From Thalia democratica (Eukaryota), in contig OZ241833.1 in assembly GCA_965202585.1 (NCBI GenBank), forward strand, positions 42,222,001 to 42,286,000: a stretch of 64,000 bases of DNA, in the 5' to 3' direction. The notes beneath the pieces were generated by a model. The model was not told the origin of the DNA. It saw nothing but the letters and a program-made list of their open reading frames with translations, and did not search any database. The position numbers and the translations under genes are program-made. Below, piece by piece: positions 52,501 through 61,492 of this stretch (its first letter is position 1; every line of letters begins with the position of its first letter).

Positions 52501-55500
52501 TCAAGCCGAAGAAAGAAAAGAAAGGAGAAGATTTGCACTGCGTCTGCAGGACTCCCTATAATAAATACAAGTTTGTTTTATTAATTTATCATTTATTTTA
52601 ATTTAACTTTTTTACTGCGTCTGCTGGACTCCCTATAATAAATACAAGTTTGTTAAATTTAGTTAATATTTTTTGTTCATTGCGTCTGTAGAGCTCCTTA
52701 CAATTTTTTTTTAATTTACGTTATTAAGTTCATACTCTCACTTTTTGTTGAAATTTGCTTCAAAAATCCCTATAAAACGTATCACGTATTCACAATATTT
52801 GTTTTGCATTTAATAAAACCATGCATTAAAAAACTTTATTATCTTGTTTTGTACTTTACGTCCAGTGAACAGGAAGAACTCCATTGTACTTGCATGACGC
52901 CGTATGACGAATCCAGGTGAGATTTTGTTAAAATTAAAAATAAATTTCTCAACTTTTTAGATTTAGTACTTTCCGGTGCACATTGAAACAGCTTGCCTTA
53001 AGCGGAAAAACTATTTCAGGGCTTTGATAGGTCGCAGTATTAAAGTTATTGTGCAAAATAAATTAATTAGGATAATTGTTAACACACTGCCGTACTTAAA
53101 ATATAGCAAATATATATAAATATAATATATTTAGTAAATAGTATATAATATAGTAAGATATAGTAAATACTAATAAATTAAGTAGTTATTTACTTTAGAA
53201 TTTATAGTGATGAAATAGTTTTACGTAAACACAAAGTAATTAACAAAATTAATCTCAGTACTCCTCGATACTATACTAATTTAAGTAACTTGTTTTATAT
53301 TCGGGGTTTACCCCTAGCAGTAAACGTTACGATTTTTACCAGGGCTTTGATTAATTACTAAAATAATTTCCCCTGAATGGAAAGTACCAAATTGAACTAG
53401 CATAGAAGTTAACTTTGTACACCTTCTATTAAACTAACTTTTTTTCACATTCGGTGTTTCCCCTCAACAGAAAGTACGTGGGTTGCGACTTGTGCCAGGG
53501 CTGGTTCCACTTCGAGTGCGTGGGCTTGAACGAGCAGAACTCGAAGGACTTGGACGCGTGGATCTGCGACGACTGCAACTCGATCATGCAGAACCCCGAG
53601 GAACAGCTCTACTGCATTTGCAAGACTCCGTACGATGATTCCAGGTTAAAAAATACACTTTTTGTTCAGTTAAGTATTTATTAATTAAATGTTCTGATGC
53701 ATCTGCAAGACTCCGTACGACGATTCCAGGTTGGTGATTTTGTTTAAAAATATTGTTTGTTTAAATATTAATAAAGTTTGTGATTCACGACTAGGTTGGT
53801 TCAACGGCAAGTAAAATGAAAATTAATAATAAACTATAATTGCTTCACATTCATATAAATTTATGTTTTATAAAAATTATTGTCTCCTCTAAATAATTAA
53901 GATGCAAATCGCGCCAAGATTTTTTAATTCCATTAATTTCTAATTCTATTGGCAGGGTTGCCACTTTACCTGGAAAAACCTTGAAAAACCTGGAATTCAA
54001 CAATTTAGGCAAAAATAACCTGGAAAAACCTGGAATTTGAGAAATTAAAAAAAAAACCTGGAATTTTTAATAATTTTAAGATTTTTAATAGTAAAATTTT
54101 ATTTGACACAAAAAATTTATCGTATGAATATGATTTTTTTGTCATCATCAAAAATTTTTTAAATAATAAAACATATTTAATGTAACTTTACAGTATCTTT
54201 TCAATGTTTTTATATGTTTTTATATTATTTAACACAGTTTCTTATATATAAATTAACTTAAAACTTAAAATAGACCCAAAAATGTGTACTTTTAAAAACC
54301 TGGAAGAAATTTGGAAAACCTGGAAAAAAAATTGAAAAAACGAGTGGCAAACCTGTATCGACCAACATTACAAATACTCCGTTCTGATTGGCTAATAAAA
54401 TTTCCACCAGGTGGTACATCGGGTGCGACTCGTGCCAGGACTGGTTCCACGGTGAGTGCATCGGCCTGTCGAAGGAGGACGGCGACAAGATGGACACGTA
54501 CGTCTGCGAATCGTGCAAGAAGAAGAGGAACGAGAAGAAGGCGCCGTTGAGTGGCCAGGAGAAGAAGCATTTGGAGGGAGTGCTGCAGCAGCTATACGTT
54601 TGTTATTGTTATTTTATGAATTAACTTTTTTCAAAACAAACAGTTCAATTTTATCATTTACTTAACGTGGAAACTGTATGTTTGTTTCTGTTATTAATTT
54701 ATGATTTGATTTTTTTTTGTTTCAAAACTAAAACAGTTTAAGTTTTTTTGTTTTGTTCTTAATCACAACACCTCTATCTCGTGTTTGCAGTATAAGAACA
54801 GTTCGTATTTTTTCATGCGTACGAATGTTAAATACAAACAACAAATTTAGGCACAGCGGTTAGTTTTTTTTTACTAACTTATATATTATATTTTCAGGAC
54901 CACAAAATGGCGTGGCCGTTCAGGAATCCTGTCGACCTGAAAGACGCCCCCAACTACCGGAAAGTGGTACAGGAGCCCATGGGTGAGTTTGATTTGTTTT
55001 AAAATTTTATTTTTCAACTTCTATTTGGTATTTATTGGATAAAATTTGATGTTTTCAAATGTTTGAAATTTGACAGCAAATCATGGGTCAGTTTATTTAA
55101 CTGATTCGTTTTAAAACTTGTATATATAAACTTCTCCAAATATTTGAAAGTAAACCACGGGTAGGTAACTTGCATATTTTCTTGTAACTTTTGATAGTTG
55201 CAGTAGATGCGAGCGATTGTTTTTGAACAAAACACCAAGTTTGCTTCAGGAGTATATTTTTAGCCATAAGTATCAAATAAAGAACATTTTTTTTTTGAAA
55301 GGAAGCGGTTTGCAAAGGTTGCGCTGAAGTGTTAATGATATATATTTAAAAGCGGAAACGTCATTTCAATATAAGCTTTGTTTCAGAGTTAACTTTTGAA
55401 TTATGTTTTCCTTCAGGCCGGACACAAATTTTATTTTTCTCACCCCCACACTTTCAAGATAACAAATCAAACAATGTTAGAACACTTTTATTGCAGACCT

Positions 55501-56169
55501 GCCGACGGTGATGCGTAAATTGAACTTTTGAAAACACAATTTAAATAAAATACAAGACTTGAAAGAAATAAATATTTCCATTACAGACCAGACAGATGTT
55601 GTTTTGATTAAAAGCCACACTGTTGAGTATTGAATACGTATAAAACATACAACTGCAAAAAAATGATTTTATTATTATTTGAAAAAGAAACAGCAAACAA
55701 AACAATTATAATATATTTTTCATCACACACTTGTCGACGGCGATGCGTGAATTTAAGTTTTGAAAACGCAATTTAAACTGATAAAAATAATTTAAACGAA
55801 ATATTTTAAATAAATATTTTCAGACCTGTCGACGGTGATGATGAAATTGAAGTTTCGAAAACACAATCTAAAAATAAGACTTTAAGAAATAAAAAATTTT
55901 CCACAGCAGATTTTACTAAAAAATTTATAATTAAATCCAAATATAAATATATAGATAAATAAAATATTCCAACAGACCTGTCGACGGTGATGAAGAAACT
56001 GAGGTTCGGAAAGTACAAGTACCTCACCGACTTCCACAGCGACGTCAGCTTGATATTCAACAACTGCCGGCAGTACAACGGCCCCGACACCTCCATCGTC
56101 AAGTGCGCAGAAGTAGTTGAAACGTCGTTTGTATCCAGCATGAGGAAGTTCAGGGGCGGCAGGTCCTAA
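22567..56169 (+). CDS. BPTF: Nucleosome-remodeling factor subunit BPTF/NURF301, about 57 coding exons, about 2336 aa
   Basis: Phase-continuous GT-AG exon chain: 22567-22634, 23968-24166, 24707-24812, 25314-25438, 25785-25886, 26738-26983, 27280-27459, 28304-28470, 28966-29071, 29481-29616, 30114-30175, 30452-30547, 31067-31111, 31603-31647, 32006-32102, 32558-32715, 33015-33168, 33616-33658, 33784-33900, 34252-34333, 34776-34852, 35413-35559, 36323-36455, 36778-37238, 37474-37800, 38210-38371, 39932-40029, 40149-40237, 40515-40582, 40961-41115, 41526-41694, 42400-42553, 43083-43136 (tentative), 43431-43511, 44059-44127, 44583-44631, 44915-44962, 45256-45334, 45722-45817, 45891-45914, 46152-46211, 46824-46959, 47244-47267, 48144-48237, 49139-49285, 49820-49958, 50244-50402, 50736-50868, 51148-51273, 51641-51905, 52173-52261, 52497-52570, 52866-52916, 53471-53644, 54411-54597, 54898-54982, 55976-56169 (7011 nt). 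Domain order DDT-PHD-WSD...PHD-PHD-bromo and motifs [46 protein letters not shown] match BPTF. Small symmetric exons in the linker may be alternative. Confidence 0.93.
22775..23152. mobile_element. CAGGGTTGCCAC-family MITE copy in the first coding intron of BPTF
   Basis: CGGGGTTGCTAC...GTGCAACCCTG, flanks TTAAAA/TTAATA. Confidence 0.75.
25314..26983 (+). CDS. BPTF: BPTF exons encoding the DDT domain and following helical region
   Basis: [48 protein letters not shown]...[13 protein letters not shown]...[12 protein letters not shown] across three exons. Confidence 0.9.
26023..26327. mobile_element. hAT (Charlie-like) MITE with 8-bp TSD
   Basis: ATTTAACT|CAGTGGTTTTTTTCAACC...CTTTGACGACCACTG|ATTTAACA. 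Confidence 0.72.
27280..28470 (+). CDS. BPTF: BPTF exons encoding the N-terminal PHD finger and WHIM/WSD-type motif
   Basis: [44 protein letters not shown] (C4HC3) followed by [22 protein letters not shown]. Confidence 0.92.
27808..28174. mobile_element. CAGGGTTGCCAC-family MITE copy (degenerate)
   Basis: CAGGGTTACG...GTGACAACCTTG with the same internal sequence; TSD not clear. Confidence 0.7.
30834..31003 (+). ncRNA. SNORD7: Box C/D snoRNA, U6 Am47 guide (mgU6-47/SNORD7-like), copy 1
   Basis: Terminal stem CACC/GGTG, box C ATGATGA 30842-30848, guide CTAATCTTCTCT directly before box D CTGA 30990-30993; box D ends 73 nt before the acceptor G at 31066. Confidence 0.88.
31359..31530 (+). ncRNA. 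SNORD7: Box C/D snoRNA, U6 Am47 guide, copy 2
   Basis: Box C 31367-31373, same guide, box D 31517-31520; 82 nt before the acceptor. Tandem duplicate of copy 1 together with its exon. Confidence 0.88.
31780..31941 (+). ncRNA. SNORD7: Box C/D snoRNA, U6 Am47 guide, copy 3
   Basis: Stem GCCGAA/TTCGGT, box C 31787-31793, guide, box D 31929-31932; 73 nt before the acceptor. Confidence 0.88.
32782..32950 (+). ncRNA. SNORD7: Box C/D snoRNA, U6 Am47 guide, copy 4
   Basis: Stem GCCGAA/TTTGGT, box C 32789-32795, guide, box D 32938-32941; 73 nt before the acceptor. Confidence 0.87.
33374..33554 (+). ncRNA. SNORD7: Box C/D snoRNA, U6 Am47 guide, copy 5
   Basis: Box C 33382-33388, guide, box D 33542-33545, imperfect terminal stem; 70 nt before the acceptor. 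Confidence 0.85.
34548..34711 (+). ncRNA. SNORD7: Box C/D snoRNA, U6 Am47 guide, copy 6
   Basis: Stem GCCAAA/TTCGGT, box C 34555-34561, guide, box D 34699-34702; 73 nt before the acceptor. Confidence 0.87.
35622..35850. repeat. About 31-bp tandem repeat derived from the CAGGGTT MITE interior
   Basis: AAATCACTAAAAACCTGGAATTTTGAAC repeated about 5 times after a CAGGGTT end. Confidence 0.75.
36088..36257 (+). ncRNA. SNORD7: Box C/D snoRNA, U6 Am47 guide, copy 7
   Basis: Stem GCCGAA/TTCGGT, box C 36095-36101, guide, box D 36244-36247; 75 nt before the acceptor. Confidence 0.88.
47600..48143 (+). repeat. Tandem duplications (about 180 bp) of an intron 3' end
   Basis: AATTAATTTTTGAAGTCTGACAC occurs three times; only the last copy ends in CAG (true acceptor at 48143). 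Confidence 0.8.
48285..48605. mobile_element. CAGGGTTGCCAC-family MITE copy
   Basis: TATGTT|CAGGGTTGCCAC...GTGGCAACCCG|TATGTT (6-bp TSD). Confidence 0.8.
52497..54597 (+). CDS. BPTF: BPTF exons encoding two C-terminal PHD fingers
   Basis: LHCVCRTPY / [13 protein letters not shown] / [18 protein letters not shown]...WICDDC; then [31 protein letters not shown]...YVCESC. Confidence 0.93.
53953..54355. mobile_element. CAGGGTTGCCAC-family MITE copy ending 55 nt before a PHD exon
   Basis: CAGGGTTGCCAC...GTGGCAAACCTG, flanks TATTGG/TATCGA. Confidence 0.8.
54898..56169 (+). CDS. BPTF: BPTF exons encoding the C-terminal bromodomain
   Basis: [72 protein letters not shown]; stop TAA at 56167-56169. 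Confidence 0.95.
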
Positions 56170-56495
56170 CGACGTTTCAACTCGTCGTTGCAGCTCCTAA
56201 CGACGTTTCAACTCGTCGTTGTAGCTCCTAACGACGTTTCAACTCGTCGTTGCAGCTCCTAACGACGTTTCAACTCGTCGTTGTAGCTCCTAACGACGTT
56301 TCAACTCGTCGTTGCAGCTCCTAACGACGTTTCAACTCGTCGTTGCAGCTCCTAACGACGTTTCAACTCGTCGTTGCAGCTCCTGACGACGCTTCAACTC
56401 GTCGTTGTAGCTCCTAACGACGTTTCAACTCGTCGTTGCAGCTCCTAACGATGTTTCGACTATTGTATTTTTTGCAGACGACGTTTCAACTGTTG
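56164..56495 (+). repeat. 31-bp tandem hairpin repeat in the BPTF 3' UTR (9 full units plus a degenerate tail)
   Basis: Unit TCCTAACGACGTTTCAACTCGTCGTTG(C/T)AGC starting at 56164, 56195 ... 56412; the first unit contains the stop codon. Confidence 0.95.
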
Positions 56496-58310
56496 AGTAA
56501 ATATTTCGTGTTCTGGCAACGTTTCAAATGTTTGTTTAGTGTTTTGTTTGAGCTTGCAAAAAATAAATTGTCGCCATTTTTTAATTGTTAGGAGTAGATT
56601 GTATTTGAAAATTTTGCTGTTCATAAATTTTTTTTTAGGGTTAGCTAATATGAAGTACGACTTTCAAAATAAGTTTTGTAGCGTTTGAGTGCGTCACATT
56701 TGAAAGCTCTTTTTTTGTAAATATTTAAATGAAATTTTGAAGTTTTTTTAATAGTTCAGTGTATTTAAACTATTTCTGGAAGTTACACAAAAGTTAGTTA
56801 ATTTTTTAAATTATTCGAATTGTTCGCGTAACTAAATCTTTTAGAACTCAACAAACAATATTTTTATAGGTTTTTTACAACGTTCCTTACCTCTTTAAAA
56901 AAAACTGCGGTTTTTACTACCGCGCACTTCTACTAATTTATTAATAAATTTATCGAGTAGATGTGATATATTCGTGTTTTGCTGTTTGCGTAGGTTTATT
57001 TATAGTTCGGCTTTTGTGTTGCTTAAAATTTTATTCGGTAGATAATGTAGTGAATTAATGAATTGACAGAGCTCGATAAATTTTTTAAAGTTTTAACACA
57101 AATCTCTAGATTGTTTTGATTTCGACAAAAATTATTAGATTAAGTGTTTTTTTCTCCATAAGAGTTTTAAGAAAATTTTAATAATTCCAAAATTATGGTG
57201 TCTGCTTTATTTTTTGTTCTTAAAGCTTTACAAAATTTAGTTTTCTTCAAAAGTTCATTTGGCATGTCAATAAAAAAAGTTCTATATTTTATTTCGACTT
57301 ACAATGATTTCCAGTTTTGGTTTTTTGCTTTCATTGAACTTTTCAAATCGTGGTATTCGTATTTTTTCAGTAGTTAAAAGAGTTCTATTTAGAATGATTT
57401 TTATTTTAATTCTTTCCTAAACTGTTTGTACATAAAATTGCGTTTACTTGTTCTCTGCGTCATTTAAACTTTGACCACAAGTTGTTAGTTGTTTTGTATA
57501 AATTAAAAACTTTAGATTAACTTATAAATAAATAAAGTAAAAACTTATAACAGTTAGTTTAAGCAATATAACTGTTAAGTTCCTTGAAATACAATAATTG
57601 TTTTTATATAGTTATAAAAAATGTTGATAAAGTGCATATCATTGTTTTAAATTAAATAGGCATTAACCACTTTTTGCTTGCAATTCTTTTGAAAATGATT
57701 ATGTTATATATTTGCACACTGAAAGTTGCAAAAGAAATTGAGAAAATAACTTTGAGGTTAAGATTGATTAAATGTCAGTACAATTGGAAATCTAGGTGAA
57801 AATGTAAAAATAAATGTAACTTTCTATATATAAAAATGGGTATAAAAACTTTTTAATAAGCTTAATTATTATAAGTGAAGTATGGAATACTTGGTATACT
57901 CTTTTTGGCACGGATGGTCAATTTTGCACAAGATTTGAAAAAAAGAAAATATTAAAAAAACTAAGATAAATAAAAAAAAGCTACCAACAAGCTTACCCAA
58001 CCGAGGTTTTGGGGTAACAGTGAAAGTAAAAATAAAAAAGTTACCGACCGATGGTAAAGGTTAGTGGTGATTGTGAAAAATTTAAAAAAAATATCAAGCC
58101 GTGCAAAATTGCCCCTTGGTGCAGTTTTGTCCCCTCATACAATTTTGTACGCTCGTGTAAACTTGACACCTACTCAGTTTTTATATATTCATTTAAATTG
58201 CAATATTCTAAAAACTTTGTTGAGTTACAAAGTGTCTTTTAATAAATATTTTTACAGTCATATTTTGCTGTACAAGTAAGCTATGATGAATCGTTCAATA
58301 ATACTGACTA

Positions 58311-59508
58311 CAGGGTTGCCACTTTACCTGGAATTCGACAATTTAGGCTGGAATTTAAGAAATTTTGAAAAAAACCTAGAATTTTTATTAATTTTAACAT
58401 TTTCAGTAGTAAAATTTCAATTTGACATAAAAGTTTTATCATATACAGAAACCTCTCGCATCTTTACGCACTCTCATTTAGTTACGCATTTTAGAGTTAT
58501 AAAAAATTCAAAATATTTTAATATTGCACAAATTAGGTTTACTGTATATTTTTAATTTAAAACATGTTTTTAAATGATAACTCACTTCTCTATATATCTT
58601 TAGACTTTGTAACTTATGTTCCTTGACTAATTGATAAACATTTATACTTCAGTTTATCAGAAATTTTGTTAACAATAAGAGATTAAATTAGAAAAAATTT
58701 GTTGTAACATAAATTATTTTATTAAAAATTTTTCATGTATTTTAAATATTTTGTTCAAAAGAAGAAATCCATTACAGCACCAAAAGCATATTTTTGTAAA
58801 AGGCTATAGAAAAAAAATTAAATATAAACAAAACACCATTTCTTAATTGTAAAAAGTGTTTAATTATACATTGAATTTGCTAAATAGAACAGAATATAAG
58901 TGTAAAGTATCAAATAATTCACAAATAAATAAAGATAAACTCTATTTATTGTTAAAATAAGTAAAAATTTTCTACAAGTGTTATTATTCTATTTAAGTTT
59001 AATTCTTTTTTTATATTTATAGTTTTATTTTTTGTTTTCATATTAATAAGTAAACAGTTGTTAAAAGTGGAAAAGTCCCCAGTCTGCTTTTAACTAGAAG
59101 CAATATCAAAAAACAGCCATTATGTATATATATTTGGTACCTCTCGTAACTTTACGATGTCTCATATCTTTACGCATTTTTTCTGTGAACACAATATGCG
59201 TAAATAAGGGAGAGGTTACTGTAAGTATAATTGGTAACTCTCGTATTTTTACGCACTTTCTCTGTGGACACAATGTGCGTAAATAAGCGAGAGGTTACTG
59301 TAACTAAGATTTTTTAGTCATTTTTAATAAAAAACATATTTAAAGTAATTTTTCAGTATCTTTAAAATGTTTTTATACTATTTAAGACAGTTTCTTATAT
59401 AGAAATTAACTTAAAACTAAAAATAGACCCAAAAATGTGTACTTTTAAAAACCTGGAAGAAATTTGGAAAACCTGGAAAAATTTTTGAAAAAACGAGTGG
59501 CAACCCTG
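58311..59508. mobile_element. CAGGGTTGCCAC-family MITE interrupted by a nested Tc1/pogo-type MITE
   Basis: TGACTA|CAGGGTTGCCAC...GTGGCAACCCTG|TGACTA; internal sequence is split by the insertion at 58446-59300. Confidence 0.8.
58446..59300. mobile_element. Tc1/mariner-pogo-type MITE with TA TSD, nested
   Basis: TA|CAGAAACCTCTCGCATCTTTACGCA ... TGCGTAAATAAGCGAGAGGTTACTG|TA; the right-end module is tandemly duplicated (about 59135-59221 and 59232-59300). Confidence 0.75.
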
Positions 59509-61492
59509 TGACTAGAGTGATCTTAATATTAATCAGAATAAAAATAGTTTTTTTTAATGCTATTTTAAATTAACTAACATTTAGAAATATATTTAATATA
59601 TTTACTACTTTATTAAACAAAACACTTAAAGTTTTTTATTTAAAATGGATCTTAAAAACAAGTTTTCCTTATCTCTTTCTACTTAAGTTTGTCGTCAAAA
59701 GATTTTAAACTTCTCGAGCTTTTCCGTTCAGTCATAATGCTGTAGTAAATGTTTAAGTTACTTTAATCCTTTCCACTTTTTTAAGACTTATTGGTAAAAA
59801 CTTACGTGCTTTATGGAACAAAAGCCACAACTCGTGGTTGTGTACAGTTCAAGTTATCAATAGGTTGAATACAGCTCAGAACAACACATTCATGCGAGCT
59901 AAAGAAAAATAAAATCTTTCAATATGGTATTAGTCGGTCGGCACTATTTTTAAAAATTGTTATGCAATTTAATATTTTTGAACGGTTTTCTAAAGACAAA
60001 ATACAATTTTAGTGTTTTTAAGGTTTAACTTAAGGCTAATAAAGTAATAAAACTTGATAAAGTATTTAGTTTTATATATAAATAAAAAAACTCATGGTTT
60101 TAAGTAAAATTTTTAAGTTTTATCAAAACAAAGCTTTGTTAGTTTTAACGAAAAATGTTTAAAGCTCTAATCTAATAGTTAAAAATAATAATAATGCTTT
60201 TCTATACACCTCAAACACCCAGGTAGGAGTACAGTTGTTAGTTAAGGGTTAATTAGTCACAACTTCATATTAGTTTCTATAAAAGTTGCACAGATTAGAA
60301 TTTGATGATTTTAAATTTCGAGTCTCGATAGACAACACGAATTCTAAAAGTTTTTAGAAGGTCACTTTTAAAAAGTTACGTACAAGGAAAACTGATTGGG
60401 CAGCATTAAGCAGGGTTGTCAGAAATAAAGGGGTAATTACGAAACCTTGTTACTTAAAAATTTGTTCAAATTTTTTTTCAGATCATTAATTTTTACTTAT
60501 AAAATTACTAACTAATTTATTTTGCATGAGTTTGTTTTATTTTGAGCTTTTTCTGCTGTTAATTTAAAATAGCCTTCAGCGCTTTTATTGTGGATCTGGA
60601 CATTATTAAAACTTTTATTTTTCGACAACTAACTTTCTTTTTTTTAATCTTTTAGCAGTAAATTTTACTCTATCCAGCACTTTTATTTTATCACAACTAT
60701 ACGGTGCATTAAATAAAACCTTACTAGTTTCATCCAAAACGTTTTTCACTTTACTCTCTGAACTAAAATGTTAACTAGTTTGAGTTTATTCAACAATTAT
60801 TATTAAGTGTTATGTAATTAATATCTGATATCACTGTTTAAAGATAAACTATAATTCAAAATTTTCAAAAGTTAAAGTAAAGTTTCAGTAATTGAAAAAT
60901 TCTTTGTTCATAGCTTAGAATGTTTAAAAACTGTTTTTACTAATATTGTTCTGAATGGAAAAAAATAATTGTAACTAGCAATTCTAGAAAAAGTTCTCTG
61001 ACTTTGCAAAGGAGATAAAATATTGACATTTATTAGTTCAAAAATTTATTTTCAAATTTTTTCAAAAATTTTCAAAAACTTTTGCTCAATGAGTCTAACA
61101 CATATTTCGTAAACTTTTGTAAAAAACATATTAAAGTTGTGCATATGTTGACCATGGTGGAAAACAAAAAAGTCAATGTTTGTGGCACAAAAAACTATGT
61201 AAAAATATTAAAGGATCTTTTTATTAAATACGACAACTATGTTTAAAAAAAGTATTTAAGAATTTGAGTAAACAAAAAGATTGCTAATTTTATAACTAAA
61301 TAATGGTTAACTTTTGCTAAAACCTATCAGTAGAGTTATTGTGTAAAAATAATTGTTTATTTAACTAACAATAAGTATTAAGCTAAAAATAAAGTTCATC
61401 ATATTATATACCCTAACATTTATAATCGAAGAAAACATCAAGTGTTCAGAGCCGAAGCCTGGACTTTCTTATGCCGTGAGACAAGGCTTTTA

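Noticed and set aside
56164-56495. 31-bp palindromic direct repeats resembling a CRISPR array
   Set aside because: Repeats are contiguous with no unique spacers, there are no cas genes, and the context is a eukaryotic 3' UTR.
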